Below, one piece after another: positions 1 through 9,323 of a DNA stretch of 64,000 bases. The stretch is from Armatimonadota bacterium (GTDB lineage: Bacteria; Armatimonadota; HRBIN16), in NCBI GenBank assembly GCA_963677485.1, contig OY781964.1, positions 3,872,001 through 3,936,000 of the forward strand. The letters are read 5' to 3'. Positions within the stretch are counted from its first letter, which is position 1, and each line of letters starts with the position of its first letter. The notes under the pieces were generated by a model. That model worked only from the letters and a program-made list of their open reading frames with translations. It had not been told where the DNA came from and did not search any database. The translations under genes and the position numbers were made by a program.

Positions 1-2
1 CG

Positions 3-1214
3 CGGGACATCATCTATCTGTGGGTGGCACGCATGATCATGAGCGGCATGCACTTCATGAATGAGGTGCCCTTCAACGATGTGTATATCTACGCCACAGT
101 GCTGGACGAAAAGGGCCGACGTATGAGCAAGTCGCTGGGCACCGGTGTTGACCCGCTGGAGTTGGTGGATACCTACGGCGCCGATGCGCTGCGGTATGCG
201 CTGCTGTCGCGGACGGCCACCGGCCAGGACTTGAAATTCGCCGCGGTGCAGAAAGGCCGTCACAGTCAGACCGAAGAGGCACGGAACTTCTGCAATAAGA
301 TATGGAACGCCAGCCGCTTCGTGATGATGAACCTTGACGATGAGTTCCTGGCCGTATACAACGGTCAGCTTCCCGCCGTGGAGCAGCGTGATGTTTTGGA
401 CCGCTGGATACTCAGCCGTCTGAACCAGACCGCAAAGACCGTGAACGAGGCTCTCGAAGGCTACAATATGGATGACGCCGCGCGGGCCATCTACAGCTTC
501 TTCTGGGATGACTACTGCGACTGGTACATCGAGATGTCCAAACCGCGGTTCAATGGCGATGATCTGGCTCAGAAGCGCACGGTTCAGACGGTGCTGGTGT
601 ATGTGCTGGACCAGGTGCTGCGGCTGCTGCACCCGTTCATGCCGTTTGTGACGGAGGAGATATGGCAGGCGATCCCACATGTGGGCGAGACCATCATGTA
701 CTCCGACTACCCTGAGTTTGATGCAGATATGGACTCCGCGGATGCTGAAGCCAAGGTGGGGCAAGCCATCGAGTTCGTGCGCACCATCCGTTCGCTTCGC
801 AGCGAGATCGGGCTGGATATCTCCAGTAAGGCCCCGGTATACGCTGTGGCCAACGGGCCAGAACATGCGGCCATGCTGGCAGAGATGCTGCCGGTGCTGA
901 ACCCGCTGCAGCGTGTGCAGCCTGTGAGCTTAGTGCCCGAGCTGCCGTCTGACATCAAGCCCATCATGGATAGCTGCCGGTTGGCTGACATCTACATGGA
1001 CCTGGGGCAGTTCGACGTCAGTAAAGAGATCGCCCGTCTGCAAAAAGAACAGGCGAATATCGAGAACGAATTGACCAAGCTACTGGCCAGGTTGAACAAC
1101 CCCAGCTTTGTAGAACGGGCACCAGCCGAGGTTGTCCAAAAAGAGCGCGAAAACGCCACAGAGCTGCAGGCACGTATTGCCAAGCTTGCCGGGCGCGTCA
1201 CGCAGTTAGCATAG
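3..1214 (+). CDS. valS: Valyl-tRNA synthetase, 5'-truncated by the window edge
   Basis: Frame open from position 3 (RDIIYLWVARMI); RMSKS (KMSKS motif), GADALR, NFCNKIWNASRF, CDWYIE, LLHPFMPFVTEEIW; C-terminal coiled coil with LNNPSFVERAP. Confidence 0.97.
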   Translation, partial: RDIIYLWVARMIMSGMHFMNEVPFNDVYIYATVLDEKGRRMSKSLGTGVDPLELVDTYGADALRYALLSRTATGQDLKFAAVQKGRHSQTEEARNFCNKIWNASRFVMMNLDDEFLAVYNGQLPAVEQRDVLDRWILSRLNQTAKTVNEALEGYNMDDAARAIYSFFWDDYCDWYIEMSKPRFNGDDLAQKRTVQTVLVYVLDQVLRLLHPFMPFVTEEIWQAIPHVGETIMYSDYPEFDADMDSADAEAKVGQAIEFVRTIRSLRSEIGLDISSKAPVYAVANGPEHAAMLAEMLPVLNPLQRVQPVSLVPELPSDIKPIMDSCRLADIYMDLGQFDVSKEIARLQKEQANIENELTKLLARLNNPSFVERAPAEVVQKERENATELQARIAKLAGRVTQLA

Positions 1215-1215
1215 G

Positions 1216-2091
1216 GTGATCAGTATGGGAGTCACAACCCGCCTCTCAGTCACCGCATTGATAGCCAGTTACCTGCCCTCCTTACGGGGGGCAGAGCGCA
1301 CCGTGGCCGAATTTATCCTGAAGTCGCCAGCGGCCGTGAAAGGTGTCTCCATCACCCACCTCGGCTCGCTGTGCGGGGTCAGCCAGACCACGGTCAACCG
1401 GCTTTGCTGCACGCTTGGCTTCACCGGATACGCCGAGTTCAAGCTGAAGCTGGTTGAGGAGCTGGCACCTGACACCGCCGATGGCAGCCATCGAGGCGAA
1501 ATCGACCCTGAGGACAGCAGCACTGAATTGATCAACAAGGTGATCTCAATTGACATCGCCGCACTACAGTCTGTTGCTGATCTGCTGGACATCGACGCGT
1601 TCGACCGGGCTGTGGAGGCGCTGTTTCATGCCAATACGGTGGAGGTGGTCGGCGTCGGCAGCTCCCTGCCGGTCGCGATGGACCTTTACTATCGCTTTCT
1701 ACGCACGGGCTTGAACAGCCGGTTCTCGGTAGACAGCCATATGCAGACCATCAACGCCGCACTGCTGCAGCCGAAAGATGTGCTCATTGCGGTGAGCTAC
1801 AGCGGCACCAGCCGCGAGACCATCCAAAGCACCGCCCAGGCCAAACGGGCTGGTGCCACCACCATCTGCATCACCAACTTCGCGCGCACGCCCTTGTCTG
1901 AAATGTGCGATGTGGTGCTGATGACCCCTGCGAAGAAGATGCAGTTCATCCACGAGGCGATCACTGGCCGGTTGACGCAATACGCCCTGGCTGATGCGCT
2001 TTGCGTGGCGGTGGGGCGCCGGCGCGGCAAATCCGTGCGCGCCCGGCAGAACATCATCGACATGGCCGTCCAAGCCCGCAAGGGCGAGTAG
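1216..2091 (+). CDS. RpiR/MurR family transcriptional regulator (HTH + SIS)
   Basis: N-terminal HTH (SITHLGSLCGVSQTTVNRLCCTLGFTGYAEFK); SIS motifs GVGSS and VSYSGTSRE. Confidence 0.92.
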   Translation: MISMGVTTRLSVTALIASYLPSLRGAERTVAEFILKSPAAVKGVSITHLGSLCGVSQTTVNRLCCTLGFTGYAEFKLKLVEELAPDTADGSHRGEIDPEDSSTELINKVISIDIAALQSVADLLDIDAFDRAVEALFHANTVEVVGVGSSLPVAMDLYYRFLRTGLNSRFSVDSHMQTINAALLQPKDVLIAVSYSGTSRETIQSTAQAKRAGATTICITNFARTPLSEMCDVVLMTPAKKMQFIHEAITGRLTQYALADALCVAVGRRRGKSVRARQNIIDMAVQARKGE

Positions 2092-2125
2092 GGTTTCAAT
2101 TCTGTCACGCGACACCACAGGTGAC

Positions 2126-2272
2126 GACGCGAAGACGCGAAGGGTATGACAGGTTCGGTTTACCAGATCACCCGGGGTGGGAGTAACTATCTGTGTTGTC
2201 CTACTCGTCTTACTCGTCTTACTCGTCGTACCGGTCCTAGTTGAACCACGAATGCACACGAATGCACACGAA
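2126..2272. repeat. Cluster of three short tandem repeat types
   Basis: GACGCGAA x2 (2126-2141); GTCYTACTC x3 plus 2 degenerate units (2198-2242); CACGAATGCA x~2.6 (2247-2272). Confidence 0.85.
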
Positions 2273-2449
2273 GGGGAGTGGCTGGGACGGTGTGTCGTTT
2301 GGCCGCCGCGACATCAATGTCTCGGCTATTGACCAGCAAGCATCCGCCCGTGCCTACCCGGCAGCCCATACTGTAACTGATGCGTTTCAGGTACATTTAT
2401 AGCACACATCTCTTGACAGCATCCCCGGACAGTCTTTGGTGCATCATAG

Positions 2450-2575
2450 CCCGTTAGCAAGCATGGGGCGGAAAGGTGGCTGATCAGCCAGATGGTGTAG
2501 TACTCGGTGGCGAACCCGAGTGAACCCGATTACAAGATTTCCCGCATATGCCTTTCCGGCTCGAGATGTGTTCAT
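2450..2575 (+). ncRNA. Candidate IS110 bridge RNA
   Basis: Position upstream of an IS110 recombinase; palindrome TGGCTGATCAGCCA, hairpin CTCGG/CCGAG, pairings GGAAAGG/CCTTTCC and TGAAC/GTTCA; TTACAAGA (2530-2537) recurs at 4149-4156. Confidence 0.55.
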
Positions 2576-2599
2576 ATTTCTAAGTGTGAGGATCAAACA

Positions 2600-4039
2600 A
2601 TGGCACAGCACTCTCGAAAAGACAACGCATCTGTAGAGGCCCAGCCTCCTTCCCACTCCCTGCCGTCGCGCCGCGTACCGGCACCTCGGTTCGTAGCTCA
2701 TTACCCGAAAGAGGATCTCCAGGTGATCCACCGCAATGCAGCGGGCATTGACCTTGCAGGGCGCGGCGCTCACTTCATCGCTCTGGAGATCAGTGAAACA
2801 GAGCTTGAGGTCATAGAGGTGGGGGGAATGACCCCGGATCTGACGGTGTGGGTTGAGTATCTGAAATCGCATGCCGTAACTACGGTGGCGATGGAGGCGA
2901 CCGGTGTCTACTGGATTCCGGTGTTCGATGCTCTGGAGAAGGCCGGCATCGAAGTATTTCTGGTGAACCCAAGCCATGCTAAGAATGTTCCTGGACGCCC
3001 GAAAGATGACAAGTTAGACGCACGTTGGTTACAGAAACTGCATAAATTCGGCTTGCTTGCGGCCTCGTTTCGCCCGAGCGATGACATTCGCCCATTGCAA
3101 GAATTCTGGCACCAACGAATTAAACAAGTGGAATTCTGCGGTGATGCGGTCCGTCGCCAGCAGAGGGCTCTGGATATGATGAATCTACGCCCTCACCAGG
3201 TAATAAGCGACCTGGATGGAGTGACTGGTCAGCGTATCGTGGATGCGATCGTGGATGGAGAGCGTGATCCAGTCAAACTGGCGTCATATCGCGATCATCG
3301 ATGTCACTGCACCGATGAAGAGCTTTATGCGGCTTTGACAGGGTATTACCAACCCCACCTGGTGTTCGCTCTCAAGATAGCCCGAAACGACCATCTTTTC
3401 CATCAGGCTCAAATCGCTCAGATCGATGCTCAGATATTACAGCATCTTACTGCGATCATGCCTGAGGAGGTGGATGAGATCACAGAAGCTGTCAGCTTGG
3501 AAACCCACCCAGTCAACCAAGGAAAACATCCACCGCCATTTAATGCTGGTGCGATGGTGACACTGTTTCTGGGTGTAGACCCAACCCAGCTACCAGGAAT
3601 CGGCGGTCTCACAGCTCTGGGCCTTCTGTCTGTGTTAGGCTACGACATGGATAAGTGGAAAACGGATCGACATTTCGGGTCATACCTTGGTCTTGCGCCG
3701 GTTCAAAAGATCAGCGGAGGTAAACGGCTATCGAGCCGTACCCGGCCTGGCATACATCCTGCGGCCGTTCTGTTTCTACAGTCGGCCGTTGCGACTATAC
3801 GTTCTGATAATGCTTACGGTGCTTTCTATAGACGCTTAGCGGCTCGCATTAGCAAACCCAAATCTCTCTATGCCACGGCATACAAAATTGCCAGGATGTA
3901 TTACCATCTGCTCAAAGACGGCCAGCAATACGTTGATCTTGGGGTTCAGGATTACGAAGCGAGGTATCATGCTCATCAAGTCGCTGCCATGAGAAAGAGG
4001 GCCAAGAAGTTAGGTTTCGATCTGATCGAAGCCGTCTGA
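2600..4039 (+). CDS. IS110 family transposase/recombinase (DEDD RuvC-like + Transposase_20)
   Basis: AAGIDL, VAMEATGVYW, KDDKLDARWL, LPGIG, YLGLAP, KISGGK; ATG 2600 has GAGG upstream and is preferred over GTG 2507. Confidence 0.93.
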   Translation: MAQHSRKDNASVEAQPPSHSLPSRRVPAPRFVAHYPKEDLQVIHRNAAGIDLAGRGAHFIALEISETELEVIEVGGMTPDLTVWVEYLKSHAVTTVAMEATGVYWIPVFDALEKAGIEVFLVNPSHAKNVPGRPKDDKLDARWLQKLHKFGLLAASFRPSDDIRPLQEFWHQRIKQVEFCGDAVRRQQRALDMMNLRPHQVISDLDGVTGQRIVDAIVDGERDPVKLASYRDHRCHCTDEELYAALTGYYQPHLVFALKIARNDHLFHQAQIAQIDAQILQHLTAIMPEEVDEITEAVSLETHPVNQGKHPPPFNAGAMVTLFLGVDPTQLPGIGGLTALGLLSVLGYDMDKWKTDRHFGSYLGLAPVQKISGGKRLSSRTRPGIHPAAVLFLQSAVATIRSDNAYGAFYRRLAARISKPKSLYATAYKIARMYYHLLKDGQQYVDLGVQDYEARYHAHQVAAMRKRAKKLGFDLIEAV

Positions 4040-4195
4040 CCTTATGATTTTCGATGCTTTTAAGCACAATTTCATCGGAGAAGTGCATAGGCAGCTCCGA
4101 CAGGCATTCTATACCCAATAGGTGGTATGATAGCCGTATAAAAGTTACTTACAAGACTGCTGAAGCAGTCTGCGGAGCCGCGCTCTGGCGCCTTG

Positions 4196-4262
4196 TTGCC
4201 AATGTCCGGGGCGGTCTGGCGGATGGTTAGCGGATTCGGAAGGCTCAAGACCGCGCTGGTCT
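4196..4262. repeat. Dispersed ~67-bp extragenic repeat, copy 1
   Basis: Aligns by eye with 6997-7063 and 59332-59394 (TCCGGSGCGGTCTG...TAGCGG...GCTCAAGAMCGCGCYGGTCT). Confidence 0.85.
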
Positions 4263-4266
4263 AGGT

Positions 4267-4290
4267 GTAGGGGCGATTCGCGAATCGCCC
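4267..4290 (+). repeat. GTAG-type REP element
   Basis: GTAG followed by the perfect 20-bp palindrome GGGCGATTCGCGAATCGCCC. Confidence 0.8.
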
Positions 4291-4465
4291 GCCCCCTGCA
4301 GCGAGTTTACTCACCCCACAGTACTGGCGTCCCTAAGGGATCCCCTCACCACTCGTCTGATGGGTCGCCACCCGTAACCGGGCGCAGAGGAGGGTGCGGG
4401 ATTTAGGCTTCGGAGCCTAACTGAAACGAATATCAAAAGTAACTCCAAATATCCCCCAAAACCCC

Positions 4466-4494
4466 TTGACATATGAGTTCTGAAAGCGTAAGGT
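4466..4494 (+). promoter_or_regulatory. Candidate sigma70 promoter
   Basis: TTGACA-17 nt-TAAGGT upstream of ORF 4552. Confidence 0.5.
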
Positions 4495-4551
4495 CAAATT
4501 AGTCTGGATAAAAACGGATGCAACAAATCGGACAACTACAGCAAAGGGTAT

Positions 4552-4878
4552 ATGATAATAGTGATAATGGCTAATAGATTATTCTTGGCCACCGGATTAG
4601 TGTTTGGCATGAATAGCTTTCTCTCCGCCGCCCCCAGCGTGCAGGTGACAACCACCAGCGTAGACCTGGGCAAGTTTTACGCCCAGACCAAGCAAAAAGC
4701 AAGCCTTGTATTTAAAAACACCGGTGACCAGCCGCTAAAGCTGGAGCAGGTGACTTCGGGATGTGCGGCCTGCATCACGGTTGTTCTGCCAAAGCAGGAC
4801 ATCCGGCCAGGCGGTAAAGCGACTGTGTCGGTTGGTATAGAGCCGACAGACGACTTCCGGAACACGGGGGTAATATAG
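4552..4878 (+). CDS. DUF1573-like Ig-fold secreted protein, possibly truncated
   Basis: Signal-peptide-like N-terminus; VDLGK...FKNTGDQPLKLEQVTSGCAAC...IRPGGKATVSV. Confidence 0.65.
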   Translation: MIIVIMANRLFLATGLVFGMNSFLSAAPSVQVTTTSVDLGKFYAQTKQKASLVFKNTGDQPLKLEQVTSGCAACITVVLPKQDIRPGGKATVSVGIEPTDDFRNTGVI

Positions 4879-5499
4879 ATGACAGACCGAATGAAGTTGT
4901 TGGTTGTGGCTGTTGTAGCCACTATGGGGGGGTATATTGGGGCTAGGATAGGTATCAAGGTGGCAATGAGGAATATAACCGAGGTTAAGACAAAACGGCT
5001 CATTATTGTTGACAAAGAAGGCAAGGAACGAGGACGATTTACCGTTAACTTGGATCGACCAAATATACAATTGAAAGACAAGGATGGCAAAATGAGAGGG
5101 CTATTTGCCTTAACTCACGAGGGACCTTTTCTTTCGTTTTTTGATCGTAAAGGCCGTGCGCGAGGGGAATTCGGATTACAAGGTCCTTTTTCATCATTAG
5201 TTTTATATGACGAAAACGGCAAATTACGAGGAGAGTTCAACGCTGATAATGCGGGCTCTAAAATTGTGTTGCGTGACGCAGACGGTCTGTACCGAGGAGA
5301 GTTCAAGGCCTCTCCATTAGATTCCAGACTAACAGTGTTTGGCACAGATGGCAAAATGCGTGGTATGTTCAGCGGTGAACCAAATGGATCTGGAATAAGG
5401 ATATGGGATACAAAAGGGAATAGGATATGGTCATCACCAGATAATCACCTATCGCCAGTACCGGGATTCGAACCCGGAAGTTGGGGCCCGACCAAGTAA
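4879..5499 (+). CDS. Membrane-anchored hypothetical protein with ~7 x 22-aa beta repeats
   Basis: N-terminal hydrophobic helix; recurring DxxGKxRGxF every 22 aa. Confidence 0.75.
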   Translation: MTDRMKLLVVAVVATMGGYIGARIGIKVAMRNITEVKTKRLIIVDKEGKERGRFTVNLDRPNIQLKDKDGKMRGLFALTHEGPFLSFFDRKGRARGEFGLQGPFSSLVLYDENGKLRGEFNADNAGSKIVLRDADGLYRGEFKASPLDSRLTVFGTDGKMRGMFSGEPNGSGIRIWDTKGNRIWSSPDNHLSPVPGFEPGSWGPTK

Positions 5500-5587
5500 A
5501 GGGACCATTGGCGACCACTGTATAATCCGACCGGTGACGCCCGCCGGATGTTCACCAGTCGGATTACACTACTGTACTAGTGCCTGA

Positions 5588-6391
5588 GATACATACCCCA
5601 ATGACACCGACTCGAAGTATTACCACTTCGACGAACTCGGCAGCACGCTTTTCCTGACGGACGTCAATGGCATACAGACCGACAAATACGTCTACAACGC
5701 CTGGGGCAAGGTGGTGTCGTCCAGCGGCAGCACGGTGAACCCGTATAAATACGTCGGTCAATTGGGGTATTATTCAGATGCTGGCACGGGATTAATGCTG
5801 TTGGGCAGTCGCTTCTATGACCCGGAGGCGGGGGAAATTTACCCAACGCGACACAGTGAAAGATGGTCTCAGCCATTATGCCTACACCAGTGGGCAGGTG
5901 ATGGCCGCTGTAGACCCGTGCGGAAATACTAGTTATGATCCAGATGTGTGGAATGGCATGTTACACTTGACGTTTAATACCTGTTATTCATATGCCATGA
6001 ATGACCCAAGTGTCGGGATACCTGGCTGGATGGATGACGATAAGCCTCAACCTGGTGAAAGTAGGTTGAAGCAATATCAGCTGTACAAAGAAACATGCAA
6101 AGACATACGGAGACACTCAGGTTAAGATTATGACTTGAAGGATGTGTCGAAAGTGGGCTGTCAAAAAGGATGGCATCAAGTTTGTTTGTATCTTAGCACA
6201 AATGACTATCATTGGTTACGACAGGATAACCATGGGTATCCGTCTCATAAGCGAGGTTTGACATATGCTACCAATGTATATTATATAAGCTTATAACAGA
6301 TCCAAATAAGATTGCTAAAGCACTCAAATACACCAAAAATAACTGTGGATGTAGATGTGCAAGAGACAATAATAAAAGGAGAGACGGGTAA
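5588..6391 (+). pseudogene. Orphan Rhs core + toxin CT1, disrupted
   Basis: Rhs-associated core (YYHFDELGS...YKYVGQLGYY...RFYDP...VDPCG); frameshift near 5830; in-frame TAA 6123-6125; reading continues to DYHWLRQDNHGYPSHKRG; second shift near 6290; final TAA overlaps ATG 6391. Confidence 0.8.
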
Positions 6392-6852
6392 TGGGTGTAA
6401 ATAAGATTATTGATGTAAGGTACGAAGAGAAGTCAACAATTCGCTGCAGGAAGGAATATAAATACCGACTAAGTAATTACGCACATGAAATGACTGTGTT
6501 CTCAATTGATTACATTGAAAACATGCCTATGCATCGGGTATTTGAAGTACTCGAGCAAGGTCCTGGATATATCTATACAGTTCATCGGGAATATGGGTTC
6601 ATCCGACGACCATACATTTTAATGGCAATCTCAACTAGCCCGCCAGAAATGAACACAGCATACTCGTCTGTCGTGTGTTTCCTAGGGTCATATGGACATT
6701 ACAATAGTCTGTTCACGTTGTATTCGATTGTAACACGTGTTTCAGGTGGTTACCTAGGAGATCAAGTATCGATAACGCTTGACTCAACGAGGAGATATTT
6801 GCTTGTCACCGATTTGCATACAGGAAAAGTAATGACAAGACGCCCCATATAG
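6391..6852 (+). CDS. Hypothetical protein, candidate immunity protein for CT1
   Basis: TAATG coupling with the reconstructed toxin; AT-rich; function inferred from position. Confidence 0.55.
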   Translation: MGVNKIIDVRYEEKSTIRCRKEYKYRLSNYAHEMTVFSIDYIENMPMHRVFEVLEQGPGYIYTVHREYGFIRRPYILMAISTSPPEMNTAYSSVVCFLGSYGHYNSLFTLYSIVTRVSGGYLGDQVSITLDSTRRYLLVTDLHTGKVMTRRPI

Positions 6853-6996
6853 TTTTCCCTGAGCCCAAAAGCAACAAAACATGCAGTTTAACTCAGAAAT
6901 CAGAAATTGGAAAAGAAAGCATGGATGCCATGGAAACGATAATAACACAATCACCCAATTTATCTTTTGGCATATCGGTTCTGCTTGTTGTCTTGA

Positions 6997-7063
6997 TTGC
7001 CAATCTCCGGCGCGGTCTGGCGGGTGATTAGCGGTTGCGGAAAGCTCAAGAACGCGCCGGTCT
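6997..7063. repeat. Dispersed ~67-bp extragenic repeat, copy 2
   Basis: TTGCCAATCTCCGGCGCGGTCTGGCGG...GCTCAAGAACGCGCCGGTCT, similar to 4196-4262. Confidence 0.85.
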
Positions 7064-7197
7064 TTTTTACCGGCAGGTTATTATTTGGCACGATTGTAAC
7101 GCCTGTTGACAACCTTGTTGGAAAAAAGGGTACACAAAGTCGGAGGGTATTGTTTCGACAGGTTCATTCAAACCAATGTTGACATTCCTTAGGAGGT

Positions 7198-7956
7198 ATG
7201 GTACATTTGGTTCAGAAAATTGTATATCGCTTCAATGCTGAAGCTTTGGAGGCTTGTCGGAGTCACCATTATATCAGCCGATATCGGTCTGCAATGAGTT
7301 TTCGCGCTAAATACGCCCAAGTTAGGGCAATCAAACCTATAGTCCAGTCTGGATTGGCAGTGCTTGACGAAATGGCATTTCGGCAGCTGATAGCAGTATG
7401 TTACGACTTATTATGTTCAGGTGCTGTCGATGTGAATCATTTGCTAAGCTTGACGCCCACAGGCAAACGAGGATTGGAATTTGGTAAAGCCCTTCAGTTG
7501 TGGCCGTTATTCTGGAACGGTCGAGATAAGCCCCGGGCTTATGGAAAAACTATTAGCGCTATAGAGTTTTCATATGTGTTGTGTTTTCCATATACATACA
7601 TAGCTGGAGTTGGAGATCGCCTTCTTCCGTATTTGTTCGATGCATTAGTCAGTTGGTCAACTACGAAATACGACCAGATACATCCCTTGACAAGCGATTT
7701 AGTTCGACAAGCTATGGTAAGATATACCAATTCTATGGTGTATGACTTCTGTACAGCCTCACCTGAAGCCGAGAATCTACTGTCAATGTACGCAAAATCA
7801 TCCAAGCTGACCACGTGTCGTGCGGGGATCGTGCGGTGCCTTACGAAATACCCGAAAGATTGCACAAATGTCGTAACCGTAATGCGCCATATCGCAAAAA
7901 ATGACCCTGATCCGAAGATTCGGGAGATCGCTAAGCTAAGCGTGAAATCATACTGA
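7198..7956 (+). CDS. Hypothetical protein with C-terminal HEAT-like repeat; possible orphan immunity gene
   Basis: AGGAGG immediately upstream; NDPDPKIREIAKLSV terminus. Confidence 0.55.
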   Translation: MVHLVQKIVYRFNAEALEACRSHHYISRYRSAMSFRAKYAQVRAIKPIVQSGLAVLDEMAFRQLIAVCYDLLCSGAVDVNHLLSLTPTGKRGLEFGKALQLWPLFWNGRDKPRAYGKTISAIEFSYVLCFPYTYIAGVGDRLLPYLFDALVSWSTTKYDQIHPLTSDLVRQAMVRYTNSMVYDFCTASPEAENLLSMYAKSSKLTTCRAGIVRCLTKYPKDCTNVVTVMRHIAKNDPDPKIREIAKLSVKSY

Positions 7957-7968
7957 AGAATCGAGCGA

Positions 7969-8823
7969 TTGGGCGTCTACACATATGATGCCACAGCCAA
8001 TATTGGCTGTCATAACCGAAGTTCACCCGTGAACCGTGCCTCAAATGCCTTCTACGGGCGTGAACCCAGCGGTGAGCTGGTCATGCGCCAGAACGGCACG
8101 GACTCGAAGTATTACCACTTCGATGAGCTGGGCAGTACGCTTTTCCTGACGGACGTGAGCTGTGTGCAGACAGACAAATATGTCTACAACACCTGGGGAA
8201 AGGTGGTTTCCTCCAGCGGCAGCACGGTGAACCCGTATAAATATGTAGGTCGATTGGGGTACTATTCAGATAGTGGCACTGGTTTACTGCTGTTGGGCAG
8301 CCGCTTCTACGACCCGGAGGCAGGGGTGTTCACGCAACGCGACGCGGCAAAGGACGGGCTGAGCTACTACGCATACACCAGCGGGAAGGTGATGACGGTG
8401 GTGGACCCGTGGGGAGAAAACCCGGTAACAAGCATTGGTGGTACAGTTCTTGTAGCCATGTGTGCTTACAAGGCATTCATATGCCTTAACACAGTTTATG
8501 GCTTTGCCGATAAAATCAAGAAGGTTAACGACAAGATCGCTCACTGCTATGCAGTTTGTGAGGCTCAAGTTACATGTAAAGTATCAGCCCGGTTTATATC
8601 GGAAATAATAAAATCCCCACTTTTTGAAGATGATCCTGAAGACAAAAAAGCTGATGACTTTGGCGTTGATTGTGCTTTCAGGATAGGGTCAGATAAATTT
8701 GGAGAAATACAAAAGATGTTCGGTTTATATCCTAACTGCGTAGCCTGCTGTATTGATAAAACATCTGACCTGAAGATTGACATTGGTGCAAATAGGCGAA
8801 CGAAGTTTAAATTCCACTGGTGA
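7969..8823 (+). CDS. Orphan Rhs core + toxin CT2 (uninterrupted frame)
   Basis: Core ~8050-8415 ending VDPWG; Cys-rich CT with NDKIAHCYAVC...DKKADDFG; true start uncertain (ATG 8083 possible). Confidence 0.82.
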   Translation: MGVYTYDATANIGCHNRSSPVNRASNAFYGREPSGELVMRQNGTDSKYYHFDELGSTLFLTDVSCVQTDKYVYNTWGKVVSSSGSTVNPYKYVGRLGYYSDSGTGLLLLGSRFYDPEAGVFTQRDAAKDGLSYYAYTSGKVMTVVDPWGENPVTSIGGTVLVAMCAYKAFICLNTVYGFADKIKKVNDKIAHCYAVCEAQVTCKVSARFISEIIKSPLFEDDPEDKKADDFGVDCAFRIGSDKFGEIQKMFGLYPNCVACCIDKTSDLKIDIGANRRTKFKFHW

Positions 8824-8915
8824 TATCGACGTAAATCAATCATCAGGCAAATACACAGAAGAACGATGTCCTAAAACATGAGCTTACACATAATAATAAC
8901 AACGTACGCAAGGAC

Positions 8916-9323
8916 TTGAATATGAGCTATAAAACTTGGATCAAAGTTAACAAGAGGTATCTGGAATGTTTCGCGAATGGTGTGGTAGCGTTAGTTGCCG
9001 GGCTGACTGTTGCTTGGATATTTCTCTGTCTTTCCTGGCAAGACTGGGTTATTCAAGTGTATTTGGCTAGTCAAAAAGGAAATACAATAGAGGATGTAAA
9101 GCATATACTTGGTACTGACTACACTGGTGTGTCAATTGCATCCATGTTACGTGATTGTCCACAATGTGAGGAACCGAAGCAAAAAAGTAGTGTCATTGTT
9201 TCTACGCACGTCCACTGGATCCTCAGCTCTACTAAACTCCCCCTGCAAGGTTGGCGGGCATATATTGTGTTTGATGCTCAAGGTAAAGTAGTGGCAAGCC
9301 GAATGTGTCCGTTTCGGGATTGA
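8916..9323 (+). CDS. Single-TM hypothetical protein, candidate immunity protein for CT2
   Basis: TM helix then GNTIEDVKHILG (SmpA/BamE/BLIP-like pattern); directly downstream of CT2. Confidence 0.55.
   Translation: MNMSYKTWIKVNKRYLECFANGVVALVAGLTVAWIFLCLSWQDWVIQVYLASQKGNTIEDVKHILGTDYTGVSIASMLRDCPQCEEPKQKSSVIVSTHVHWILSSTKLPLQGWRAYIVFDAQGKVVASRMCPFRD

Larger units (their letters stand above)
2401..4155 (+). mobile_element. IS110-family insertion sequence (ends approximate)
   Basis: IS110 recombinase with ~200 nt upstream non-coding region; no long terminal IRs seen; right end tentatively GTTACTTACAAG (4144-4155); left end uncertain (2400-2450). Confidence 0.8.

Noticed and set aside
120-134. 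RMSKS instead of KMSKS in ValRS
   Set aside because: Conservative variant seen in class I synthetases; not informative
2198-2272. Short repeats as a mini-CRISPR
   Set aside because: Units are 9-10 nt, directly tandem and without spacers
2507-2599. Upstream GTG start of the transposase (likewise extended starts at 11452, 23707, 32996, 33975, 53154, 59718, 60956)
   Set aside because: Downstream starts have better RBS or family-consistent N-termini; some extensions run through structured non-coding regions
4350-4430. Hammerhead-like CTGATG...GAAAC
   Set aside because: Core is CTGATGG rather than CTGANGA, and no stem I can be formed
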